A stretch of DNA of 64,000 nt from Chrysemys picta bellii (Eukaryota): NCBI RefSeq assembly GCF_011386835.1, contig NC_088802.1:44020001-44084000 (forward strand), read 5' to 3'. Positions 10,501 to 22,542 of this stretch are shown here, one piece after another (position 1 is the first letter of the stretch; the number at the start of each line of letters is the position of its first letter). Under the pieces are notes generated by a model. The model saw only the letters and a list, made by a program, of their open reading frames with translations. It did no database searches and had not been told where the DNA came from. The translations under genes and the position numbers were made by a program.

Positions 10501-13500
10501 GCCGTTTCTCTTATTTGAATTTGGTCTAAATCTCTCTCCCTGTGGCTGAACTTGGCAGGAAGGAAGTGGGGTATGGCTAAGGGACTGGAGACATCTGGGT
10601 TCTGGCCTTTCTGCAACATGGGAATAATAATTCTTCCCAAGGCTTAGTCCATTAACATATGGGAGGCACTTAGTTACTACAGTGATAAGCACCATAGAAA
10701 ATCCTATGCGAGAACCCCCTTCCTCTTCTCTGATTGCACAAACCCCCTCTCACCCCAGACTCTGCCACCCGCTCCAGGGTCAGTCCTACAAGGTGGTGAG
10801 CAGCCAGCCCCATTGTCCAGTATGTGCATAGTTCCAGCGCAGTCCAGGAGCCTACTCACCCGCTTGCAGTACAGAAGCATGGGCTAAATGCCTTGTCCAA
10901 TTGTGCAAGAGTGCTCAGCCCCCTGCAGGATCAAGCCCTATTTTCTTATTTCACACACACACACACACTCACTCTCTCTCTCTCTCTCCTCCTGCTCAGG
11001 GTTGCATCACCCCTGAGCCAGTGATTAGTCAGAGCGGAGGTTTATTGCAGTTTCAAAAATAGCAACAGCCAAGTTACCCAAGGCACCTGCTCAGCCACAA
11101 GTGGAGCAATTAGCTAAAGCCTGAGGAAGCTGGGCTGCTGTGTAAATGTGTGTGGGTGGTGTGTGTACTAACACTATTGGACAGACAACGTAATGCACCC
11201 CGGAAAGAGACGAGGCTAACAGCTTCCCCATTGTCATGGCTAGGGGGCTAACCCGCCACTCCCAAGGGGATATATGCAGCTGACTACACCCCACACACCT
11301 GACGTTGCCCTGCTGGTACAGAGATTTCCAGTGAGCAAACGGCAGCAGGCCACCTGCTTCTCCCAGGGAAGTTCCACTTGTCCAGGGTTGCACCCATATG
11401 CCGGAGGAGGAGAGCGGTCCCAGTAGCTTTGCCTACAGTTCATCTGTGTTTATGGGCCACGGCTAGTCAATGCCCAATGCCACAGGGCCTCAGAATTCCT
11501 TCCTATTCACGGTCTCTATCTGCTCTTTGCCCACTGAACACGGTGCAAAGGCAACTCCAGAGAATCACAGCGGGAGCAACAATTCCCGTCCACTTGGGGG
11601 TGGGGGATCCGGGTGTAAAACTAGTGCTTATTACACTGGTGAAGGCTGTGGAAGTGAAATAGACTCAGGAGCTCCGGGGATGCAGGTGGTGGTTCTGGCC
11701 TGTAGGGTGCACCTTAACCACAGGAATGGCGGAACCAGAGAAGATCCATTTCTCCTCTCTTGAAAGGCAGGAGAGTCTAGCTGCATCTGTGAGTTCCTCA
11801 TCAATTCTAGGTACATGCCCTGTGCCTCATCCCAGCTATCCCAAGTCACTTCCAAAAGTCTGCGCCAGGGCCTGCCTGCACCTGCCTAGTCTAAGCGTTA
11901 ACAGCTCAGAACTAAGCCCTGGAGAAAGAGACCGACATTGCGATGTTGGTGGCAAAGGGCTGAACGCTTCAGCATTTTACCCCTCCTTGTGTAGGATCTG
12001 GAGGAGCCCACCTCCCTCCCCACTCCCAGCCTCGTCACTCCTCCTCTGTAGATCGTCTCTTTTAACACTGTTACATCAGTGTAATAAGTGTCTGTTACCT
12101 TTCAGCTGCTGGAGCCGCTGGGCCTAGCGCAGCAGTGAATGAGGTAAGAGAGGGGAATGGGTGCTGCACTCTAATACAGTGGGTTAATTCTCCAGCCCCA
12201 AGGGGGGGCTTTAACAGCTTAGTTCAAGTCTGAGTAAGAGGGCACGGAGCTCAGTTATTCAACCCCTCTGAGCTAAAAAAGAGGAGAATCCCGAGTGAGG
12301 GACAGGCTGAATCCCTGGGAAGGATGCTGGTCATTGTAGGGGGCCCCCAGCCAGGATTTGTCCATGTCTGAAGAGAGGTGGTCTGGTGCATAAAGCATTG
12401 GATGGACTCAGGATTCCTGGATCTGCCAATAGCTCATTGCGGGACATTGGGTAAGTCACCATCTCTCTGTGCCTCTGTTTCTAGTCTGTAAAATGGGAAG
12501 AACACTAGTTCCCTTTGCAAAGGGCTTGAAGATCCCTGGCTGAAAAGTACTGTCAGCACTAGGAGCACAGCTGGAGAAAGCAGTGAGACTGTTGGGGGAA
12601 CGGGGAGTCAGAGGGGAGGGAAAACCAGGGGACAGATAACAGAGGTAGGCTGTGTGCTTGGATCACCCCAGAAGTAGTAGTGGCCTGGAGAGTGCCTGGT
12701 GCTGCTGCAGCTCAGAAACCCCAACCCAGATTGTGTTTATTTTTTTTTCAGGCTGTTGCTAGCACCGAAAGTGATGTTTCCTATGCATCTGTGAAACCTA
12801 AATCTAGAAAATCCATCACCACAGCCCCATCGCCCCACTCCGCTCAGGCCGAGCCCAGTCCAGAAGGGGTGGAATATTCCGCTGTAGTAAGGATTCTGGC
12901 ATTCAGTTCTAAAATGTTAAGATTCTTCTGATCCTTTTATTCTCTTTAAATCTTGCTTTTGGGTTTTACAGGGCAAGCCGAGTCTTGCACAAGAGCACTT
13001 ACATGCAATATTCACATCTCTTCTAGCACATTACAAAAGAGGTTGCTTTGCAAATGAACCCAGTTGCTTTCATTAGCAGCAAGAGGTGTTCTGGAAAGGC
13101 TCTAGAAAAGTTCTAGCAAGTTTCTCGAAGCTTTAGAAAAAGCTCCAGTCTCCATCAGGTCTGGAAAAGTTTGGACCACCTCACATTCAGAACGGCAGCT
13201 GAAGTCAGAGCATAGAGGGCCAATTTTGCTTTGTTCTGCTTTGCACATGTAACGCCACCAGACCCCAGTTGCCAGTGGGTGGGATCGAACCTGGGGCCTC
13301 TTAGTGCAGGAGCGTCTACCACATGAGCTAAAAGTTGCTCTCTAAGGCTGTAGAACAGACTCATTTTATCTCCTCTCTCTAAGTGGTCTCGGTGCCCCTA
13401 GATGGGACAGAGCACCACACCCAGAAGGTGTGTGGGTTACACACACAAAATTTGCCTACCTGTGGATAACTGCATGTACTGGCTGGGAAACTGCAGGCCC

Positions 13501-14030
13501 ACTTTCAGCACATGCAGGCAGGATGCAAACAGTGCATGCACGAAGAGTCAGCTGCAAATTTAAATGCTCCGGTCTCATGTGACATGCCCAGCAGTAATGT
13601 CATGTGCTCATCCACTGGACTGGAGTTCTACTCACGGCCGTGCAGTGCCAGTTTTTAGAAAGAAACTATTCAAGGTGCAGAAAGATCTGCACACACAAGC
13701 CAGGGATGTGCGTGAGTATTAGGAAAAGCGTGCTGGGCATCATCACTCATCTGAGCAATTGAGTTACTTAGACAAAGCAGTCGGGGTATGAGGGCTTCCG
13801 TTCCTCAGCATCTGTTCTAGTTACAGTCTCTCTCCCTTCATTTCTTTTCTCTGATCAAGGCTGTTTTAAAATTTCAGGCTCCAGGAATGACAGATATTTC
13901 TTACGCCACAGTGAAATATCCAATCCTGGATGAGCAGGCAATCTACATCAATGTGGACAGGTCATCCCGTCAACCCCCCTTGAGCAGCCCTCTGGAACAG
14001 ACAGAGTACTGCGCAGTGAAAAAGAAATAG
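4479..14030 (+). CDS. CD300LF: CD300LF-like (CMRF35-like molecule 1) inhibitory receptor, 7 coding exons
   Basis: Exons 4479-4527, 4937-5287, 8227-8308, 10004-10116, 12106-12143, 12752-12886, 13878-14030 all have AG/GT ends and compatible phases (1,1,2,1,0,0). Uncharged TM. Tail VSYASV, VEYSAV, ISYATV, AIYINV, TEYCAV aligns with the recalled human CD300LF tail. Synteny with a RAB37-like exon supports orthology. Confidence 0.8.
4937..5287 (+). CDS. IgV exon B
   Basis: Acceptor tttcag, donor cag|gtgag, 351 nt. VSVPCHY...KYWCRGAQWNSC...GRVSITD...EDAGIYWCGI...VNVTVLP. Confidence 0.93.
5327..6617. mobile_element. Non-autonomous hAT-type DNA transposon with an internal 144-bp GC-rich tandem duplication
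   Basis: Termini cagggctggatta / tatctggccctg, 8-bp TSD cctggagc (5319-5326 / 6618-6625). Two 144-bp units at ~5585-5870. Confidence 0.82.
8227..8308 (+). CDS. Ser/Thr-rich stalk exon (ALSTAVMVTTGSLSPAIGTTNTAEHPK-S)
   Basis: Strong acceptor ttttctggcttctattttcag, donor aag|gtaagg, 82 nt phase 1-2, exactly bridging the IgV and TM exons. Confidence 0.8.
9330..9611. mobile_element. Harbinger-like MITE
   Basis: TIR gggctggtcta / tagacaagccc; no clear TSD. Confidence 0.5.
10004..10116 (+). CDS. Transmembrane exon (SSPFTSTMFLLPMLLLVLLILLSGAMVLARRMMLKRKK)
   Basis: Acceptor ctttgtcttccag, donor g|gtgag, phase 2-1. Hydrophobic run with no charged residue, followed by a basic stop-transfer segment. 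Confidence 0.88.
10952..10988. repeat. Compound (CA)n(CT)n microsatellite
   Basis: Seen directly. Confidence 0.9.
12106..12143 (+). CDS. Short cytoplasmic exon (AAGAAGPSAAVNE)
   Basis: Acceptor ctgttacctttcag, donor gag|gtaaga, 38 nt phase 1-0, required to keep frame. Confidence 0.72.
12752..12886 (+). CDS. Cytoplasmic exon with ITIMs VSYASV and VEYSAV
   Basis: Poly-T acceptor ...tttcag, donor gta|gtaagg, 135 nt phase 0-0. Confidence 0.82.
13248..13441. mobile_element. 194-bp LTR-like mini element containing a tRNA-like Pol III promoter
   Basis: TGTAAC...GTTACA termini, 4-bp flanking repeat caca. Minus-strand A box tagctcatgtgg and B box ggttcgatccc. Confidence 0.55.
13878..14030 (+). CDS. 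Last coding exon (APGMTDISYATVKYPILDEQAIYINVDRSSRQPPLSSPLEQTEYCAVKKK*)
   Basis: Acceptor tttcag, 153 nt to TAG. ITIM ISYATV, YxN motif, terminal ITSM-like TEYCAV. Confidence 0.85.
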   Translation, partial: APGMTDISYATVKYPILDEQAIYINVDRSSRQPPLSSPLEQTEYCAVKKK

Positions 14031-14789
14031 GCTCCCTCTGGAACATTTCCTTTCCCTCCTTCCCTGTTGTTGTGTGGAAGTGCAAAGATTGCAATCTCTT
14101 GGAGCAGTGTTGCAAGGAATGAAATCGTCTGAGATGAGCTGGTGCTGGTGGAGTCCCAGCCAGATTAAGCAAATGCCAGGTGGAACTATATTGAACTGGG
14201 AGACTCTCTCACCAGAATGGTCTGATGCAGCTAAACACGGTGTGGTGTAATGGGGGCAGGGGAGGAGGGGGGAAATGCTGTGGAAAGGCAGAAAAATCAA
14301 TTACTCAGTCTTATTTATTTACATGTACGTCAGTCCTCACTTGTACTCTCTCATGCAAGTTAAAGCCGGAGGGGCGGGGGGAGGGAAATGTGATTCTGCA
14401 GAGATGGGTCCAAGTCATGTAGTTCTGCTCCAGTTTCCTAGATTTGAAGGGGGAGAGGTTGGGTTTGGGATCCATCCCGACCCAGGGAGCATGGTGGTGG
14501 TAACATCATCATCCCCCAGCTCTCCTGAGACAGTGAAGCGGCTGCATGCATCACAGCTGCTCAGGAGAGAGAAGAGAGCACCATGGGAGCAGGACCACAG
14601 AAAGACAAGGGGTGGAGTGCGGCTGGCATTTGGGGACAATGCTTAGACAGGAGCATTCCCCAAAAAGGCAGCTGGGACTTTGATTGGAATGGGCCCCCAA
14701 TGAAAGAAAATGCCAGGGAGGAAAGGAGAAAGACCTCAGACACCAAGCAGCATGGAATAGCACCAGCTTGGTGGAGACGATGCAACATT

Positions 14790-15007
14790 GTTAGGATATT
14801 AGGAAAAACTTTTTCACTAGGAGGGTGGTGAAGCACTGGAATGGGTTACCTAGGGAAGTGATGGAATCTCCTTCCTTAGAGGTTTTTAAGGTCAGGCTTG
14901 ACAAAGCCCTGGCTGGGATGATTTAGTTGGGGATTGGTCCTGCTTTGAGCAGGGAGTTGGACTAGATGACCTCCTGAGGTCCCGTCCAACCCTGATATTC
15001 TATGATT
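14790..15007 (+). mobile_element. CR1 LINE 3' end
   Basis: Encodes ...[22 protein letters not shown]... and ends ccaaccctgatattctatgatt. Confidence 0.9.
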
Positions 15008-17289
15008 GTCGGGGGATAGGCCTTGGAGAGAGAAGACAGAAGCCCTGGGAGGGGAGGGTTGGCAAGACCAGACCAGACAGACAGGAAGTGGGAGGGAGTT
15101 TTGCATCATTTCACTGCACACGTTATGTTGCTAAATAGGCAGTGACCTTTCAATGGGGGAGCTCCTGATAACACAGCACCATGGGACAGGGAAAGACCGA
15201 CATTTGCCTGTGCAGAATACATTCCTTTTCAATAGGATTGGCCGGCAGCACTAATGCATGTTCTAGTTCACGGCCATGATATCACTAAGAGCTGGTAAAT
15301 AATTCATAGCTAGGAAGCTGGAGGACTTATTGATCAGTCTCCAGCCTTTGCCTGTAGTTCCCACAGCCAAGCTCCCAGGTCAAGGAGGCTTCTGACTTGC
15401 ACTTACAGAACAGAAGTCAGTAGCATCTCTAGTGTGTCTCTTGAGTAGGATGACCCAGGTCCAGGCTGTATTGTGTGATGCCTTCAGGCAGCCAGTCTTG
15501 TTCTATCTGCTTTAACCACACACAAGTTATCGGGCTTAATATAGGGGTAACTGGGTGACATTTGATGGCCTGCGATACACACAAGATCGACCTGATGATC
15601 TAATGGTCCCTTCGGACTTTAAACTCTGTGGCTTTCAGCCTTTGGAGATGTCACAGGACCTGCCCCTATGCCCATTGAAGTGAAGGAGAGTTTTTCCCAT
15701 TGACACCAAAGGGCTTTGGATCAGGCTCATGCAAAGTAGCTTGGCAGACTAGAAACAAATCACGTTATTTTAACTCTTGGAAGGCTGTGATGAAGACACT
15801 GTAGCCCTGGGCACATTGCTATTGAACACAGAAGGTGGGACTGCAGCCTCGGGATAGTGGCAAAGCCTCGTGCTTTAAGACCTCTCACGTCCTACAAGGC
15901 CCATAACCTCAGCCTCAGTTGTGTCAGCCACTGAGAGGAAGCTGAAGAAGCCAGTGATGTCAGACTTTTAGTGTCACCTATAGTCAGGGGCCTGGCGTTC
16001 CAGGGGGTGGCCCAGACTCCGCTAGCTGGGGATGGTGGGTGGGTTACAGCAGCCAAGTAGAGTGTGGAATTCACTCACTGAAGATACAGAAACTTCCAAG
16101 TTTGGGAGTAAGTTTAATGCTCATGAAAGGAGGGTCAGGGGGTGGAAGCAGCTGCATGGTCCAAGGACAGGAGACCAAACTGGGAGTCAGGAACCGTAAG
16201 TTCTGTTCCCAGCTCTGCAACTGACCCCCTGTCTGATCTTGGACAAACCCCTTCAGCTCTTTGTGCCTCAGTTTCCCCCACTGTGAAGCATGGGGGATGG
16301 CTATGCATTGAGAGATCTATGGAGGAAGAGTGGTATATACCAAAGTGTTCAGTAGGGTTATTTACAGGGGTGGGTTGAGCCAGGCACAGAGAGCGTGTGC
16401 TGTGCTACAGCTCTGCCAACAAAGCACCCCCAATACTGACACACAGCCACGTCCTGAGCTCTCCCCCAGTTCTGCCAATGGTCTCACCCTTCTTCAGTGC
16501 CTGCCTTGCTGTAGAGAAGCCCAGGATTAGTAAAGGCTGCCAGCTGATGAATTACACCAAGCCTAGTGTGGTTCTGCTGCGAGGTGCACAGAGAGGGACT
16601 GGCACAAGCTCAGACCCTTCATTCAGGAACTCAGGGGGTCTCTAAGGCAGACCCTGTAATGAACCAATGCACAACACCTCAGCTCTGAGCGCTCACTCCT
16701 GCCTCGTTGGTTTTGTCATCTAGACAGACATTCGGAGATGCAGGAGGGCTGACAGGAGTCAGATCGGAGTTGGAGTAGTTCAGAGCCAAGGTACTTTGTC
16801 TCCACCCCTAAGCTAAAGTTCATTAACAGGAGGCTGTGTGCATGTACTTACAGAGTGGTGGGGAACGGTGTTTAAAAAAACAAGAGCAATGCCCTGCTGA
16901 GGGAAACTCAGACCACTTCCTCATGCCAGTCTCAAACCAGGAGATGCATGTGAGATATATTGCAGGAAGTTGCCCTCTTTAGGGGACCATATTGTACTAA
17001 GTGTATGAATGGTTTATGTATCTGCATGGGCCAGGGACTGCATGCACTCTGGGGTGAGCGGGAGGGTTACCACAGCTCCTCCACAAAGTGAAGGTAGCAG
17101 GGGCACAGTAAGGCAGATCAGGCAGGGTATAAAACACTTCCTGAGAAGTGCCCTGGGCTGGGGAGTGGTATTCTGGTTCAGATTGGAGTCTTCAGAGACC
17201 AGCCAAAGAAAGGACTTTGGGGATAGTTAACCCACTTTTAAACTGACTCAGGGCCTTCCTTCCTTCCGCTTCATGATCTAAAAAGACTG

Positions 17290-17760
17290 ATACGAACTTG
17301 TAACCACAGGGAAAAAAAATCCAGTTACAGGGTTTGGAAGGACTGGCATTTTCTAGAGTCCAGTGTTGGGATTGGAGGGGGCGTGACTGCTGGTCAGTTT
17401 AACATCACACACCTTTTGTTGTTTTAGATCCTTTCTCTGTAATGCTTTTATCTTAAGAATAAAGGTGCTTGCTTAGCAGGAGCGATGTGGGGACTTGTAA
17501 TTGTCAATACACTGGTCATGGCTCTTGGAGAAAGCCAACCACAGGCATTTGCCTTTGAGGCAGCCCCAGCAGGCCAGTCTATTACGATGTAGATCAGGGA
17601 GCTGTGCAGCCTTAGAAACCCTGATCAGAAGGGAGCGAGATGCAGGTCTCCACCCAGGAGAGGGGATGGCTGGGAGCTGGAAATCTTTCATGGGTGCCTT
17701 CTAGGGACCACGGGGGGGGGGGGGGGGGGGAGGGAATACAGTTACCCTGAAACTGTGACA
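17290..17760 (+). mobile_element. LTR-like fragment
   Basis: AATAAA at 17458 and terminus ...aactgtgaca; includes a G19 tract at 17712-17730. 5' end uncertain. Confidence 0.45.
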
Positions 17761-20700
17761 ATGTGTATTTGCAATTATGCAAGAAGCACGGCAGCCTTTG
17801 TACCAGAAGCATCTGATGCAACCGGGTTGACTACGTGAAAGTCTGCTACTGCTCTGGGACTGGCTCTTCTCTACCTGGGGTAACTGAATGAATATGTCAG
17901 AGCTGCATGAGATGGGGCTGGGACCTTCCTTATTAATGTGACAGTAGCACTCAGAGGGCCCCAAACAAGATTGGGTCCCCACGGTGCAGGGCTGTATAAA
18001 CACATAGGACAACCTGGTCACTGCACCACACATCTCCTAGTCTAAAGAGAGGAAAGGGATACAACATAAGGGGGAGGGGTGGGAGAGAAGAGGAGTGAAA
18101 TTTACCCCTGTGCGGAGAGCTCACGTAGTCTTAGGCACCAGTTGTGTCTAGCTGAAGCCCTGAAAATACAGCTGAAGTGGAATGTAGGTGGTGCTAGACC
18201 TTACAGACAGGCTGTCTGCACAGGGCTGCATTTCACACACAGGGATCAGGGAGCTAGAGGTATGTACTTTGTTAGTTCCAGCTATTTTCTCCCTCCCGGC
18301 CTGATCCTGCTGACAGGCACCTGAGAAACCCCAATGAACTCACTGATGGTTGGACACCACACCCGTGTAGAGTTACCCCCAATGCCCTGCTCCTGCCGGA
18401 AAGTAAGTTGAGAGCTGCTGAGGGCAACTCTCATGTCTGTTTCTTTTTACTTTACCCTGTTTTCTAGTCACAAAACTAAGCCTCCAGCCCCCTCCCCCCC
18501 CCCCCCAGCAAGCAGCAGCTGCCACCACCTACCTGGGCTACCGACTCATTGCACCCTGAGGGATGGAGTTTCCCTTCGAGGGGCAGAGACGTGTGGCTCG
18601 CTAGATGGAGAGCATCATGGGAAGCAAGTGCAGACCATATTCTAACTGCACCTGCAGGTTTCCCAGACAGGCAGGGAAGCATCACTTCAATATTGTCATC
18701 CCTGTATTAATTGGGAGGGGTGTGGGGGGGAGATGGTGTTTGAGTATCACAGCTGCAGCATGGGCGGGGGGGGAGTAATTTGCACCTCGCTGACTCCATA
18801 GACATGCTTCCTTTTGTGTCCTTCCCACTTGGCTCAGCAGGCCAGTCTCTTTTATTTGGGGAAATAGATTGGGCAATGAAAATGCAGTTATTAGGCAGAG
18901 TCCTTTGTGCATCCACAGCATCCTACAGCCAACAGGCCTAAGCACGTCACAGACGTTAACGAAGGCTGTCACCTCCCTCCGAGGTTAGTACCTTTCCCAT
19001 TATACGGAGGAGCAGGTTGAGGCAAAGCAAGGTTCAAGGACTTGTAAATTGAGTGGCAGAGTCAGACATAAATGAGTCCCAATAACCTGCTGCCACCTCC
19101 AGGTATAACAGTCTCTACCCTGTAGGAGAATGAACAGGGTTGTCAAAGCTGCAGAAGGATGGCTAGATGAATCAGCACAAAACATAAAAGACACACTGAA
19201 AGCCTCCCAGATGCTATTTCAACATACCACACAAGCTTTTATGTCAAGGGGTCTCTCCAGAGACGGGGCCAACTCAGTACCAAACATCAGGGCGAAGTTC
19301 AGATTCAGATATGCAAAAGGGGACTTGATCCTGAGATCGGATTCTTACAGGGAAAGAGTCAAGTTCTCACACCAACATTCAAATGTACAACAGACCCCAC
19401 TGGTGCATTGGTCAAAGCATCCAGGGAATACACAAAAGTTGCTCCTGAACAAGAATGACGAGAGTTTCAAGTAATGAATTCTACTCGGCAACAGGTCTTG
19501 GAGAAAAAGGAAATCGGAGAAACCCTCAGCATCTCCCAGACAGAGCTCTACTTTAGGTCTTTAAGAGGAGAAATTACTTGTAAAGCTAAAGATAAAATTG
19601 CTCCCCATTAGAGAGAGTACTGTAGTTGGAAAAGACTAGTCACAGACATCTCAGCTGCAATCAGTTACATTTGAATATCCTGCTGCTGCGGTCTGCCCTC
19701 TGGCAGGATTCTCAATGCAGTCAATGGGAGTTTTGCCTGGGTCAGATCAGGCTTTTGAGTCGAAACCCAAAGTCCACGGGAGTCTTCCCATGGAGGTCAA
19801 TAGGCTTTGGATGGGGCCCTAAATGATGTAAATATACAGTCTCTCTCCCCCAGCATTGAGAAGGCTGATGCATGCGCGCAATGCTGAAGGCATAAAGCGG
19901 TTATAAATTAATTGGACTAACCTTCCCAGTCCAACATGCCATCTTCACAATGCATTAATTCAGTGTATTCACAGTTCCTTCATCCTGTGGAGGGTTCTAT
20001 ATTTGCAAGTACCCAAGACAGAATAGTCCTACAGCCCTTTGTTTTCCCTCTTCCTAGCCCTTGACAAACATTAATTAACCCTCGCAGCACACGGGTGAGG
20101 CAGGCAAGTAAGTTGGGGTCTCCCTAAGGCAGAGAGGTTAAATGATTTGCCCAAGGCAGCAGGGGAGTCAATGTCAGAGCTGAGCTTAGAATTCAGGATT
20201 CCTATCTTACATTACAGCAGCTTCACTAGTTCCCCCGGCAATCTCATCTCTTGCTCCTTACTACTTGCATTTTTAGTCAGTCATTCATTTCTACTTTACT
20301 GGAGTCTGGAGCCAAGTGAGATCCTGCAAACTCAGCCCTCAAAGTCACTTAAACAAGAACCTGCAAATCCACAAAAGTTATTTCTCTCAAGGCAATCTCC
20401 CTGCGCATTAGGATGTTTCTGTTCCTGGTTTCTATGGTGCTGAGCACTGAGGGAATCTCTCTCCCCGTCTACAAGTATGGGAGTGTGTGTGTGTGTGTGT
20501 GGGGGGGGGAAGAGCGGGGGCTTTGGCAACTTAAATGCAGACTCAAGCTAGCTCTGTTGCACCAGTGTAAACATTTCTCTCTGCACAGTAGGGCCATATC
20601 CTGCAGCCCTGGCTCAGGCAAACCTCCCACTGAATCCATCTATGAGATTTCTCTCTCCTGGTGAAATTCGCCCCTCTGCACAGCACCAGTGTGTGCACCA

Positions 20701-22517
20701 CTTCAGCTCCATTTCGAGATCCAGTTAAGTCAGTCTACCTATGGGCTCGATCCTGCATTCCTTGCAGTTACTCCCATGGATTCAGTGGTGCACCTTCAGG
20801 CCAGATGTGCTTAAAGGATGAGGGCAAGCCCTCTGCTGGCCACAGTGTTCAGCACTTTGCAGAACCAAGTCCTAAACCCACTTCAGCCCTCAAAAGGGTT
20901 AAGTGGGGCATCTTCCTGAAGAGTCTCCCCTCCCCGTGTGAATATCCCTGATGCAACAGATCATTTTCCTGCCGCCACAATCATTCATGAGCAGCAGCCC
21001 CCAGCTCAACCTACATTCACAAAACTCTTTACTGTTTCTAAATAAATCTAATGTTTTTTCCAACATGACTTGTCCATCAAATACCATCGTCGGGACTGGG
21101 AAGGATTGGACAGGGATGGAGGTGGAGTCATATGTTGGAACATAGTATAACACCTTGGCTTGTGCCACTCCAAATGGGGGCAGATGCTTAGCTGCTGGGG
21201 ATGGCTATAGCTCCACTGAGTCCAAAGGCACTATGCCAAATTTACATCAGCTGAGGATCTGGCTTCATAGTCCTGGTGAGGACTTCGGAGTAATTGAAGA
21301 GGCTACCCCTCAAGACTCCATCTCTGGTGTCACACTGGGTCCAGGGATACATCCACATGGAGATCAGAATCTGGCTCAGAGTGGACATGTTCAATAAAGC
21401 GGATAGCTTCCTGAATTAATGCACTCAGTAATGGTGTACCTCTGACAAACGGAAAGTACATTGATACCCGAGTCCCATAAATAATAATGTCCCCCTGCTC
21501 CCAGCCTTGTAACACTGTTCTCCTGGAGAACAGTTAATATGGAAGATTACATGAATTATGTAGAGAGGAAAGCTAGTCGAGTGAACATTAAGGCCTCGTA
21601 GGCACAGGATTTAGAGACATTTTCATAAAAGGCAGGCGATCTTAATCACACTTCAATAATTTATGGGACATTTATAAAAACATTGACAACTTGTGAATTG
21701 CTTCATTACTTTGAATAATAACGTTCCAAAGAACAAAGAGGCAACAGCACCCTATTCACTCCCTTGCTGGCTTGCAAAGTTTCGTGATAGCTAGCACTGT
21801 GCCACAAACCTGTTATTTTCAGCAGGGAATACATGTATATAAATAAAAGCAATTTATAGCAAAACTTCTGCAAAACATAATACTACACAATAATTACAAA
21901 GGACTCAGTTTACTGGGTGTTTGATAGCACTCTGACTTCATCTTTCTGTGTTATTCTTATGAACAGTGTGAAACCTTTGTACAGGTTGAGTTAAAAGCTT
22001 GGTTGTTTCATACCCATCATTCTTCAAGGGCAAGAATAAATTAATCATAGCCCCCCCTACCTAAAACAAGAGGATTATGTGAACCCATCCCATAAATTCA
22101 GATGGCGTGGATGGAGGGTTTTTTGCTAAGAACTGTTTGGGGTAAGAGAGAGAGAGAGTGTGTGTGTGTGTGGAATACAGAATGAGAAAGAGCGCACACA
22201 TGTGCCTGAAGAGATCCAAGCAGAAGACTGTAAGCATGGTATGACCCTGAAAGAAACCTAGAGAGAGGTTCTGGGTTGGGGGCACTGGCTGAAAAGAAGC
22301 TTGGGCCTGTAAGAGAAGATCCTGCCCCTTTTGCATCTGGTTCTCCTGCTTTCAGAGAAACAGGACTTTGTACATTCCTTGTATATCAACAGAACTGCAT
22401 CAAAGAAAAACACCAGACTATCATCAATTTCTACTCCTACAGCCCCAGGGCCCAAGCCTTGACTAGCTGCTCTGGTCAAAATGGGGTAACATTATATACC
22501 CAGTAATATATGAGCGT

Positions 22518-22542
22518 ACACACACACACACACACACACACA
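22518..22542. repeat. (AC)n microsatellite
   Basis: Seen directly. Confidence 0.9.

Noticed and set aside
12972-13040. Acceptor-like ttttacag in the last intron as an extra cytoplasmic exon
   Set aside because: Not needed for frame, no tyrosine motif, and the flanking exons already align contiguously with the recalled CD300LF tail.
13960-13990. Apparent frameshift or early TGA in the last CD300LF-like exon
   Set aside because: Recounting the C-run (six C) with the reverse-strand ORF translations shows the frame is intact to TAG 14030.
19130-19474. 114-aa ORF
   Set aside because: No recognisable motif, splice context or homology; length is compatible with chance.
20413-20480. Signal-peptide-like MFLFLVSMVLSTEG
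   Set aside because: No GT donor at the expected position and no IgV exon downstream.
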